A stretch of 64,000 nt of DNA from Octopus sinensis (taxonomy: Eukaryota). Numbering within the stretch: the stretch's first letter is position 1; each line of letters starts with the position of its first letter. The DNA lies in contig NC_043022.1 of NCBI RefSeq assembly GCF_006345805.1, forward strand, positions 1,488,001 to 1,552,000. The letters are read 5' to 3'. The position numbers were made by a program, and so were the translations under genes. Positions 42,660 through 56,803 of this stretch are shown here, one piece after another. Below the pieces are notes generated by a model. That model did no database searches. It had not been told where the DNA came from and saw nothing but the letters and a program-made list of their open reading frames with translations.

Positions 42660-45494
42660 CATACATACATATATTATGATGATGATGACGAAGGCAACGA
42701 TGATGATGACGATGATGGTGACAGTGATAATGGTGATGAGAGTGAGAGAGAAAAATTAGAAGACCTGAAGTCATGTGACAGAAAGAAACACATGTGACAT
42801 GATAAAAATTACAAAAAAAAAACAATAAACAACAAATGTGACACCAAAAAAAAAACCAAAATTCATTCCGAACTATCACAAAAAAATATAAACAAGTTGT
42901 GTGTGTATGTGTGTGGATATATATTTGGCTGTGTGTATGTGTGTGTATAAATGTATGTATGTATAATAGTATGTGATTAGTTGTTTTGAAATAAATGTAT
43001 ATCGTGAGTAATTAAGGGTAGTAAAACACTTAGAAAAACCATGCAATGTTGATGAAAAGAGAGTCGATGGTGGTGGTCATGGTAGTGGTGTGTATGTGTA
43101 TGTTGTAGTGTGTATGTGTGTTGGAGAGGAATGAGATTGTGAAAAAAGAGAGCATTATTATTATTATGTATGTTGTTTTCAATATTTACATATGAAGCTC
43201 TTTGTTTGGAAGCATGGGTGGAGAGGGGTGGAATAACACAGGACACAGGAGGCGGGGTCTGACCCCCTGCCGCAACATTGGTATTTACCTATCCTTAAGG
43301 TCTTTTGTTGTAGTGTAACCTCACTCCTGGGATGCCTTTAATTTGGGAGTTTTCTTGATTAGGGGTTCCTTTTTTGTTATGTGGCCCCTGGGTCATCCTT
43401 GAGGGAATGGATCTACAACTTAAGAGATTTCTGAGAGGAAGTCCAGTTCTTACTTAGAACTAGGGTTTATTTTAAATGTAACCCTGCTCTTTTCTAGAAT
43501 TAAGTTTTTTTTTTAATGCAGCCCCCCACCCTGGTCATTTTTCATGGAGCATATCTATAGTATTAAGGATTTCCCTAAGTGGGAGACCAGGTCTTATGAA
43601 GAATTAGGGTTTTTTTTTTGTAGTATAGATCCCTACTGGGCTATCTATGATTGAGTACATCTATAGCATTAGGGGTTTCCTTTTTCTCTAGATTTGAAGT
43701 TATTCTAAGAAGCAGACTTTCTTACCAAGCTACATCTTGGGGTCTGTATCTTCAACACTGTCTCTAGCAAGAGACAGTGCTTGTGTGGGAAGATAACCCA
43801 TTGTATCACTGGTACATTTCATCATATATTATTATGTATGTGACCAAGTATGGTAATGCCTTGATAGATGAGTTAATTCATTTCTGGAGAAGCCTCAAAG
43901 CAAAAACTCATAAACAGAAAATAAAACTTGTAAAGTGGGTCCGCATGAAGTGAAGTTCTACGGTATTATATATATATATATACATACATACATATACATA
44001 TATATACATATATATATATTGTATTGGCATCCTTTCTGTCTCGGGAGACAATGGAGTTGCGCATGAAGTAGTCTAGTCCAGCTTTTATATTTCATGTCCT
44101 AATACATTTCCTGCTGTGGCTGTGTAGTCCTATCCTGGACAAACACTCCCTCTGGCAGGTACATATATATATGTGTGTGTATATATATATATGTATGTAT
44201 GTATACATGCATACTTAGAAGGTTATTTGTTATGGGTGGTAAGAGAATGACTATTGGTTTTGCACCTATAATGGTTTTAGCAGTATAGGCAACTCATCAA
44301 ACTCATTGGCCGGAGGCACATCACCTCTCTACGACTGGAGGTAGGAAAATGTTTTATATATACATTTATGTATACATTTATGTATGCATATATATATATA
44401 TGTATGTATGCATATATACACAAACAAAACATACATACACCCCGATGATGGAGCACATCTATAATGTTAAGGATTTCGTGGATGAGTGACCCCTTATTAT
44501 CCAGAATTCGGTGTTTTTAGTATAGATCCCTACTGGATCATCTTTGATTGAGTACATCAATAGCATTAGCGGTTTCCTTCTTTATCTTGATTTAAAGTTA
44601 TTCTCAGAAGCAGGATTTCTTACCGAACTGAATCTTGGGGGAGCTTGTGAGGTTTGGCTGACATGAATATGTATGTCATTTCAACAAGTGAATACTTATT
44701 CTAAAGAAAGATACTTAACCCACCACAATCTAACTGTGGGATATTTCAAATGAGATAACCCACCCACCACTGAAAGATAGGTTCTGCTGAGTTAAAGAAC
44801 AACATACATCCAGGATTAGCATTCACAGACCCTCCAAGGCTGGTGAGATTGATACCAGTCATTGGTGAGGTTGTTCAACCCTTTTGTTACCATATTTCTG
44901 GTGAAATACACTGCCTTTGTTGTAACTAATTTTGAAAATAATGAAAAATGTAGCAAATTAATATTGTCATTATTTTGTTGTTTCTAGGAAGATTCATTAT
45001 GCCAATAAAAAATTAAATAAACCCACATTATTAAACTGGTGTTTAGAACATAAATTAAATTGAGATTTTGATGGCAGGTGGCAGGTTTTAATTTTGATCA
45101 CTTTAACCCTTTAGTTACCATATTTCTGTAGAAAATGGTCTGTAAGAGATGAACATAGTAACAATACTGAGAAGTAATATTTATTGCCATTTCAATATTG
45201 CTGTTCTATAAGAACCAACATTACTAACATTTTTAACCCCAGGAGGACTCCTCCTGCTGCTGGTTATTGATGCAATTTGCACCTAAGATATATATTGAAA
45301 TTTTATGGAAGATTTAAATTTATTTCACATTAACCCTTTCATATTTCTAAACACTATACATCCATAAGCGATATTTTCTCCATATGAATGCTGCTGCTAA
45401 TTTGCTTTTCTGTGATGTATTTGCATTAAGTCTGATGCATAGATGGCTATTTTAATCTAATACTGCTTCTGTTATATATAACAGACACACACAC

Positions 45495-45525
<31 letters not shown>

Positions 45526-45553
45526 ATATATGCACACACATACATCTATACAG

Positions 45554-45609
<56 letters not shown>

Positions 45610-46581
45610 CAGTCATTTAAAGCTAAGTCTACCCTGATTTCTGACTTCGTTACAGGAAAATATATATTAAAAAAAATGAATTAAAAAAATTAAAACTAGA
45701 AAATAAAATATTCAATGCTTGAATAATGTTATTATTATTATTATTGCCTTTGTACAGCTTCTAATGCTGGAGATGTACTGCGGTGTCAGCTGTTCACTAC
45801 CAGTGAACTAAGGTAACACCTATTATTTTTTGAGCACCTTCCGGAATATTCAAGTGGTTCCAAGCAGTGTTGTTATCTGCAAGTGCTCCACCCTTATTGC
45901 AGCCCCTATTTGTTTCATGTACTTCTCGAGATTTTCACTCACTGTTCCCAGGGCTCCAACAATTATTGGTACTACTACTACCTTTTTCATCAACCACAAC
46001 TGCTTAACTTCCCAAGCTAACCTGTCATATCTCTCGACTTTTCTTTCTTCCTAATCGCATACCTTGTTGTCAGCTGGGCATGCTATGTCTATGATCCAGT
46101 ATAGTTTGTTTTCTTTCTCAATCAAGACTATGTCCAACTTCCTATTCTCTATCTCATGGCCGCACTGAATCATAAAATCTCATAGGATCTTTACATTTCT
46201 ATTTTTGATGATGCCTTCAGGTTTGTGGTCACACCAATTTTTTGCTCTATCAAGTCCATACTTGTTGCAGAGTGTCCAATGGATGGGTGAAGGCTTGGGG
46301 TAGGGATAGAGGCAGGTGGGGGGGCAGGATAAGATTATATATATATTATATATATATAATATATATATATATAATATATATACAAATACATATATGTATA
46401 TGTCTATATATATATATATGATATACATATATATATGTATATATTTATAAAGGTGTATGTCAATGTATTGGAAACCACAAAGGTACCTGCTCCTCACGGA
46501 AGGCCGATGGTTCGGGGATCTAGTAAATCTGGAACGGATAAACAAGAGATTTAGTTTTCATTTTTAATGTTGTTAGTTATC

Positions 46582-46613
<32 letters not shown>

Positions 46614-46920
46614 CATAATAATAATAATAATAATAAAAGTAATTAAAAAAATAATAAATAATTAATAATAAGAATGGTAATGGTAAAGACGATGGATGAC
46701 GACGACAATAATAATAATAATTATAATGATATTGATACTAATAATACTACTACTACTAATGATAATGTTGAAGATGGTTATGATACTAGTGATGATGATA
46801 ATGATAATAATGAATATTTTTAAGTTAGTATTTATGAGTAAACATGAAAAATAAAGTATATGAAATTTAGCTGCATGACACGCAACATGATGTGACAAGT
46901 ATAGGGACAGTACATTACAA

Positions 46921-46967
<47 letters not shown>

Positions 46968-49797
46968 TTTGTAGTTGCTGTTTATGGGTGGATTTCAGAT
47001 ACAAGTGAACGGGACATTTTAGTCAGCATCAAAGGGAGATAATTATTTTTTAAGCAAGTTTTTTTTTCTCTCTATCTCCAAAAATATGAACTTTAATTAA
47101 CAGTTTAATATTATGTAATATTACAGACAATGAATTAAATTAAAATTTTAAGAGAAAAATCAATCTTGCATTCCATCTTCCCCCTACAACTTGGATGTTT
47201 TTTTTTATCAACCCTGGTGGACGGGGGTTAAACTGTTCAAACCTTGAAGAGAATTAGGGGGTAAAAAAACAAACATTTATGACCTTAAAAAGAAAATTAC
47301 AAATTTGTAAAAAAAAAGAATTGTTGTGAATCTGAAATAAAACAGGAATTATTAACGAACATAACCTTCATTTGTGACTATTTTTAGACTAGAAAATATA
47401 CATATAATTATGTGTGTGTGTGTGTAGGTATAAGCTTGAAGTTCAAAATGGTACTCAGTGGTTTGGAGTGAGGGACAACTGGCACTTCCTACGTAGTTAT
47501 TCAAATTTCACCCTCTTGGTTCTCAGGCAGGATATGATTTGGCATTTGATGATGAAATAACAAGATGTGAAGAACCAGCTGTCATAACCATTGGTCATGT
47601 GATCAACCAGATTATTAGATGTTATGCATTGCTGGTCACATTGCACTTTCAAATGATGATGCTACCCCCAATGGCTGAGCGAGCAGGTCAACATTGCCCC
47701 TATTTGGTAGGCTAGTCTGTCGCAGGGTTACCCTTTCCCAGCTGAGTGGAATGGAAAAAAAAACATAAAATGAAGTGTTTTACTCAAGAACAGAACATTT
47801 CGTCCGGTCTGGGAATTGAAACCATGATCTCACGACCACAAGTCCAACATAACTAACCACTAAACCATGCACCTTCAGATACATATATTTAATTTGTAAT
47901 CTAAATATGTCTTGGGATTTTGGTGTTTTAATTCGTTAATTTCTGTTGTACATAGTAATTAAGAATGAGGGTGCTCAATGTTGCAGACCTCATTAAATTT
48001 GCTTCTTGTGATGCAGGCTACCCTTGGCATCTTTATCCATTTAATGCATGTGTGCAGCTTCAATGCATCAACATTTACTCTATGTACTTAGGGAGTTTAC
48101 TAAACGCCTCTACTCAACCTGTTGCAGATTCTAGTCATTACTTGAGAGACATGGAAAGGCAGTGGGGGTGGCAGAAGGCTTGACACTGTGCAGTGGTCCC
48201 AAATAACTTAAGCTGGAGTAATCATGGGTTCTCAGTAAAGACCCACATTTGCAATATTATACTTGACCATAATAAAATGGTATCAAGGCATGACACATAT
48301 GATGCATGTCAGTTATAATTATGATATAATTGACATATCGACACACAGAAGTTCAGAAAGATGTCTATTTGTATATTACGTACATCACTATCATCATAAT
48401 CATCATCATCATTTAGTATCTGCTTTCCAAGCTGGCATGGGTTGGACGGTTTGACTGAAATTGGTAAGCTGTAGGGCTGCACCAGGTTCTAATGTGATTT
48501 GGCATGGGTTCTATGGCTGGATGCCTTTCATAATGCCAACCACTCCAAGAGTGTAACGGGTGCTTTTTACATGCCACCAGCATAAGTGCCAGTTACATGA
48601 CTCCGGCATCGGCCACAACTACGATTTCACTTGGCTTGACGAGTCTTCTCTAAACATGGCATATCGCCAAAGGTCTTGGTTACTTATAATTGCCTCCATG
48701 AGACCCAATGTTCGAAGGGTGATTTACATGTGCCACCAGGTTCGGTGCCAGTTACATGGCACTGGAATTGACCATGACTACGATTTCACTTGACTTGATG
48801 GGTCTTCTCAAGCATGACATATCGCCAAAGGACTCAGTCACTGACCATTACCTCTGTGAGGCCCAATGTTCGAAGGGTGCTTTTTACATGCCACCAGCAT
48901 GGGTGTCAGTTACAAAGGTTCCCATGGGGGAAAAGTCATAAAAGATTTCATTGAGAGTTAGCTTGTGTACAGGTCTGATTTCAATGCATAAAAGTGATGA
49001 GAGATAAATCTCCTGGACAGGATGCTAGTCTGTTGCAAATAACATTCGCTCATTGATCTGATCCGGCAACTGCTCTTGACGACTGGATAAACTGAAGCAA
49101 CCTTGAACACAGTGCTTTGTTGAGAAAGACAATAAAATTCTGTGACAGTGGAATAGATCTACATGTAAGCACACACACAAACAAACATATACAAAGTGTG
49201 TGTAAGAACATGTATACACAAGTAGAGCAAGGAAAATATGTGTACAGGTAATATATATATATATAGGTAATGCAGAAAGGTAATATATACAACACTGTGC
49301 AAAACAGTGAGTGTGCAAGCAAATATATACATACATATATATATACATATATATACATATATATACACATATATATACATACATAATACATATATATACA
49401 TACATATACATATGTAATACATACATATACACATGTAATACATACATATGTATACATATATATGTATATATATACACACACAGTCTACAGGAAATTAAAA
49501 AGAAAAGCATGTATATACATCACAGCATGTGTGAAAAATATGTGTAAATATTATACACAAGACAGGCATGTCAAATAATGAATGTGTGAACATTTATATA
49601 CATCCTAGAAATAGAAAATGTGGACAGTTGCTGTGAGGCTGGGTGGTCACCAGACAACCAGATGACGAAATAGAAAATGCATAAACACAGATTTGAATAA
49701 CAGGGTGTATATGTGAATATATATGATATATATGCAGCTTATGATGAAAATGTGAATAAAATATATACACCATGAGTGATGTGACTGAGAACACACA

Positions 49798-49863
<66 letters not shown>

Positions 49864-51244
49864 ACACACACACTCTCACACACACATACTCTCTTCAAAG
49901 GTGATGACTAACTTACAGAACAGTGATTCTCAACCCTTTTTTTCTTTTTTGTCTATGGACCCCTTTGATTCCTTTTCTACTCTACTGGACCCTCAAAGCT
50001 ATTCCATGTTTAACCCTTTTGTTACCAACCCGGGTGAAACCGGCTCTGGCTCCGAAGTACAAATGTCCTGTTTTCATAAGTTTTGAATTAAAATCTTCCA
50101 CCAAACCTTGGTCACAATTTCTGTTCCTAACACTAGTTTAATGATAATTAAGTTATTTTACTAAATTCTTAAAATGTATTGAAAGAAACATAGAGCATCT
50201 CAACAGAAATATGGTAACAAAACAGTTAAAGACAGTCAATGAAATGTGTCTTCAATTTGCCCAAGATTTGGCTGCTATTTCTAACAAGTCAAACAACTAT
50301 TTGAAACAAAATCTGCAAATTGACCATTTTTGTACCAACCCAGCTGAAACCACCTCTGGCTCTGTAGTTCAAATGTCTTGTTTTCAAAAGTTCTGAATTA
50401 AAATCTTCCACCAAACCTTAGTCACAATTTATGTTCCTAATGATAATTAAGTTATTTTACTAAATTCTTTGTTATATTTTAAATTAATTAAAAGAAACAC
50501 AGAGCATCTCAACAGAAATATGGTAACAAAAGGGTTAAAGACAATCAGTCAAATGGGTCTTCAATTTGCACAAGATTTGACTGCTATTTCTAACAAGCCA
50601 AACAACTATTTTGAAAGAAAATCTGCAAATTAAATTTAAAAAAAAAACCTATTGTATTTTTACAATTCAATATCAAGAATTGTATAAAAAATTGTTAAAA
50701 ATGTATTGTGTATTGTAGAAGTGTAAACAACTTATTGGAAATAAATTTTAATAACAAAATCTTATGTGGACCCCTAAAGGTCATAAGGACTCTAGTTGAG
50801 AACCCTTGTTATGGGGGAGAATTAGGCTCCGTCTGATGAAAGAGATGAATGTGAATACTACAAAACATTTTACTTTAGAGCTATACCATGTTCACTGTTA
50901 ATCCACTGCCCTTTCAAGGACGGTAAGAGAAGTACGAGCCAAGTACTTCGTACTCAATTGGCGCTTCATCATCAAAACCTCCTCCTCTCAAATTGCTGAT
51001 TTTGTGCCTAAATTGAAAGCAATTATTAATCATTATTGATGAAGAAGGGGCTAATTGATACCATTGGGTATACTGGGCTTCATATATTTTTTGCCCCAGT
51101 GTCACTTTGATGGCATGCATTGCTCTCCCACTCAATAATAATAATAATAATTTTTGTTACTTTTTCATTTTTCCTGAGCATCAAACTAATACACTTGCTT
51201 GTTCTTCATACACCTATCTTCATCTTTTTTCTATAGATTTCAAC

Positions 51245-51282
<38 letters not shown>

Positions 51283-54200
51283 TATATATAATAAATATTA
51301 GGGAATAAATGAGTTCATTGTTTAAACCTCGCCAAGATAAATATTTAAACCACCTGATGAATGACTGTAACTCGAAAATTTAAAGAAATTAACAACCATG
51401 AAACGATCGTAGTGTGATATTAATTATATTTTTTTAATAATTTTGTTATATATTTAAATAATATAAATTAAATAATCTTATGTATTGGCTTAAGTTTTTC
51501 ATTGTTTGATTTGCCTAATAGTGGTTTTGTCTCTAATTTAATATAATATATTTATATATATATATTTATATATATATATAATATGTTTATATATATTTAT
51601 AAAAAAGTGTTTAATGGAAAGAAAGAAGCACTTTCATAAACAGGAAACTGTTGATAAAAATATGCTAGCAATATTATTAAAAGGTTTTTTTTTTGCAAAA
51701 GTGAGGAAACAAAAGAGACCATAGTTGAGAGTGGAATTGTACACTGATAGATACAAGGTGAATGATAAACCGAAAAACCAAATCAATATTCTATAGGGTG
51801 GGTGATGAATAACAGGAAAAGAGAGGTGAAGAAAAAAATATATATAAATAAAAACATAGATAGGGATGCATAGAGAATAACTGGTGATTGAAAGTATATA
51901 AAAATAAAGGTGGTGGATTGGATGTGGATGGGCATGGAAGGATATATGCATAGTGATATGAATTGAATGGTCGTTGAATGAAATATAAAAAAAATTTAAA
52001 AACTGTACTGAAAAGAACAATATAAGAATATAGAGAGTGACAGAGAAGGTGTTGGGGTTTGATTAGATATATATTGTTGGAGTTAATTAATATATTAATG
52101 AGAGTCGTTTAGGATGATGAATCTTACAATAACATACAAGACAACAATAACAGTAACAACAACAACAATAACGATGATGACAACAAGCAGAACAAAAACA
52201 TGGGTGATTGTTTTTTAATTGTCTCTCGAGAAATATGTTAGGATCGTTTATTGAAGTTAATTAGGGATTGATGAGGTCATAAAGATTACTCCTTAATCAA
52301 GGATTAGGTTTTTAAAGTATAGAATACTCCTTAATCAAAGGATTAGAGATTATAAAGTATAGGATATTCCTTAATCAAGGGACTAGGGATTATAAAGTAT
52401 AGAATACTCTTTAATCAAAGATTAAGTATAGGATATTCTTTAATCAAGGGACTAGGGATTATAAAGTATAGGATATTCCTTAATCAAGGGACTAGGGATT
52501 ATAAAGCAGTGTTTCTCAACCGTTTTTTGCTTGACCCTCATAACTATTTGATGGATATAAAAAAAAACATCCTTCTGTATTTATTATAATTAAATATTAT
52601 TAGGAATTATATGAAAAATATACTTTTTCAATGTACAAAAAATATTTCAATTTTTTTAATACAATTCTTAATAATAATTATTAAATAGGAATTTTTTAAA
52701 TGTTGTATGACTACGGGGGTCCACAAGAGGAAAATAGGAATGAAAGGGGTCCATAGAAAACCCTGATTTAGATAATTTTGCCACAAACATGGAGAGAGGG
52801 GAAGTCTATTTCTGACAATGGGGTACAAGTTGAAAATTTAGGATTCTCTTTTGTTTATAGTCTGTGGACTTCACTCTAAGAGTGAGGGCAAGAGTGAGGG
52901 AAATCTGGTGGAAATAATTTTAAAAAGAATTTTATTGTTTCTGTAAGAGTCTGGCAGGGATGGGTGCCTCACCTATTAAACACTGCAGACACCAGAGAGA
53001 GACCCTGGCTCAGTCCAGGGGGCCAGGTTGGTCTGTGAAGAGAAAAGGACAGATATGATGGGATAAATGACCGCTGCCACTTGACCACCATCACCACCAC
53101 CGCCACTACCATACCAACACCAACACCACCACAAACATTACCTCCACCACCACCACATGGACACAGATCTAGGACACACACACACACACACATGGACAAA
53201 TATTGATAAGTCACTGAACAAACTTATATGGGGGCTTAAAATAGAAATATGTAAACAGACAGACAGACACACACATGTAGCTTATCGTTTTATCTTTTAC
53301 TTGCTTCAGTCATTAGACTGCAGCCATTGTGGGGCATTGTCTTGGAGGGTTGTAGTCAAATGAATTGACCCCCTGTACTTATTTTTTTTTAAAGCCTGGT
53401 ACACACTATAGCTGATTATATTGACCCCAGTACACATCATCATCATCATTTAATGTCCATTGTACATGCTGTCAGAGGTTGGACGATTTAACAGGAGCTG
53501 ACCAGCTGAAGGGCTATTCAGGCTCCCTGTCTGGATGCCCTTCCTAATGCCACTTTACAGAGTATACTAGGTGCTGTTATGCAGCACCAACACAGCTGTT
53601 TTTTTTTCATGTGGCAAGCACCTTCAAGCCCACAAGATTAGGGGTGCTCTGAACTGGAGAGGGTTTCAAGGGGACAAGCCTGTATGCAAGAGCAACCATG
53701 CTTTTACTTAGCTTGATGTGTCTTTTCAAGCACAGCAAACCATCATGCCAGCATGGACATTAAATGATGATGATGATGATGATGATACATACCAGACTGG
53801 ATGGTGATCTGATGGTCATAAGCCTGGCTCTAACCACTGGGCCACTTACCATCACAACTGGTCGTACACATTGGATGGCAAAGACTTTGAGAGATTTGTG
53901 TCTCACAAACATATAAAAAAAACAATCAATCAAAAAGAAAAAAAATATTAAGACTGGGTGGCCTTGGTGGGAATCCTTTTAACCATAGGCTTGTTAGACC
54001 AGACCTGATGTACTGGCAACAACAGCAGAGGTAGTAGTGGTGTGGCTGAACGACAACAACTACAACAACAACAACAGCTCTAATGAGAGGAGGAATAACA
54101 GCTTCCGACAGCAACGTTACACAACCACAAACACAGAGCGTGGCGGGAGGGGGAGAGGAAGTAAGGAGAGGGAGTAGGAGGAGAGCTGGTTCAAACAGCT

Positions 54201-54534
54201 CCCATCGTATTACCGGTACACGTTTATAATGTTCAGAGAAGAGCGAAAATACAAAGTTGACGTTGAGACAACAACAAAAACAACAACAGCAAAACAAAAA
54301 ATAAAATAACACAAATAAACAAAAACAACAACGTCAGTAGTAATGATAATGATGATGATGATGATGATGATAATAAGAATATTATTATTATTTGAAATAA
54401 CATGGAAAATAGTGTCAATAACGGATTTTCATATGATTTTGGTAACAATGAGGAGAACAATAAAAATATACACATTAATAATAATATTTTGATAAGGACA
54501 CAGGTTTTGGGAAACAGGAATAACCAAGTGCCAG

Positions 54535-54569
<35 letters not shown>

Positions 54570-56768
54570 GTGGGGGAGCATCGTAGCCATGTGTTGAGAG
54601 GAATTCTTTGGGGTTTGTATAATTCACCTTTGGAAACATGGTTGTTTCGTTTAATATCCTTAAGCAACCCTTATTCAGGGACCTTTTGAGCGAGATGGGC
54701 TACTTGACCTGAAGAAAATTTTCTAACTGGGCCCCACCTGTAAGGTCAGGCACTGTTTATTTCGACATGAGGTCACCATGTCGTGCACATATGGTTGTGA
54801 TGCATGTGCCTGCTGTACCCTTATCAGACTGGGTAATCATGATGGGTATACTGGGCTTCGTATATTTGTACCCCAGTTGATTACATCACCCCTAGTGTTT
54901 CACTGGTACTTAATAATAATAATAATAATTATTATTATTATTATTATATAATGCTAGTAATTACAATAATTATAATAATGATAGTAATAATGGTAATTAT
55001 AATAATAATAATGATGGTAATTAATAAGGACAATAATGATAATGATGATGGTAATAATGTTAATAATGAATTTAGGGTCTAATATTGGCACAAGACCACT
55101 TTAGGGGAAGGATAAAAGGCAAATGTGATCTTAGTGGGATTTGAACTCAGAGTGTAAAGAGCCAGAGTAAATACTGTCAGGCAAAAATGCCTAGCAGTAC
55201 CGACGCTCTACTAAATGATGATAATAATAATAATAAAAATAATAATAATAGTAATAATAATAAAAATAATAATAATAGTAATAATAATAAAAATAATAAT
55301 AATAGTAATAATAATAAAAATAATAATAAAAATAATAATGATAATAAAAATAATAATAATAGTAATTATAATAAAAATAATAATAATAATAATAATAATA
55401 ATAAGAGTTGTGGTGTTGATTATGATGGTGATTATGGTGATGGTGTGTGAAGAGTGACTCACTTGCGTTCCTTGCCGGTCTTCATTTGGTCAGCTAAGTA
55501 TGTGGCTCTGTAGTTTTCATAGTGAACATCAGCAGTAACGTCCTTCAGGTCTTGCATGTGGGTACTGGTGAGAGGGGGGAGACGAGAATTAATCAGAACT
55601 ATCGCAACAACAACAACAACAACTACAGTAACAGTAGAAACAACTAGAGTTTCTGCACATAAGAGTTGGGGGAGCTAAACTACGACAGCCTCTGTCCTCC
55701 AGTCCATCCTCGAATCTCTATCAGACACACACCCACCATCTGGGTCCACCCTGCACTCCTGTCATATCACTTCCATCCATACACCCCAGCATCCATGTCT
55801 TACTACATACCATCTCTGTTCAGGCCCATTCTGCATCCTATCTTACATAAACATACTACAATGAGGTCCACCCTGCACCCAGCCTTATATACCCTCTCTA
55901 TCCATACCACCTCTACATTTCTGTCTTATATATACCCTCTATCATAAAGCTCACTCAATACCATGTCTTATATACCTATTTCTTTACTGCCCACAAGGGG
56001 CTACACACAGAGGGGGCAAACAAGGACAGACAAATGGATTAAGTCGATTATATCGACCCCAGTGCGTAACTGGTACTTATTTAATTGACCCTGAAAGGAT
56101 GAAAGGCAAAGTTGACCTCGGCGGAATTTGAACTCAGAACGTAACGGCAGACAAAATACCGCTAAGCATTTCGCCCAACATGCTAACATTTCTGCCAGCT
56201 CACCACCTTATATACCCTCTCTATCCATACCACCCCCTACATTTCTGTCTTATATATACCCTCTACCATAAAGCCCACTCAATGCCCTGTCTTACATACC
56301 ACCCTGCAATAAAGCCAACCTGTTAGAGATAAAATGGCCATTTATTCTTTTAGCACGGGAATGTGGCTTCAACCTGTTGCATCGTTGGAAGCCAGTCTCT
56401 TTTCCATGTGTGTCTGTTTCTCACTCGGGTTTTTGTCAAACGGACAGTTTCATATAGTTGCTGATTGCTTATAATATAACTCTTATCCAAGTAAAACAAG
56501 TTACAAATTTACATTATTTACATTTGATGGATATTTGTCCCCATCTTGTTTGTTATTAAATATCCGTCAAATGTAAATAATGTAAATAATGTAATACAGG
56601 TGTAGGAGTGGCTGTGTGGTAAGTAGCTTGCTTACCAACCACATGGTTCCGGGTTCAGTCCCACTGCTTGGCACCTTTGGAAGTGTCTTCTACTATAGCC
56701 CTGGGCCAACCAAAGCCTTGTGAGTGGATTTGGTAGACGGAAACTGAAAGAAGCCCGTCGTATATATG

Positions 56769-56803
<35 letters not shown>

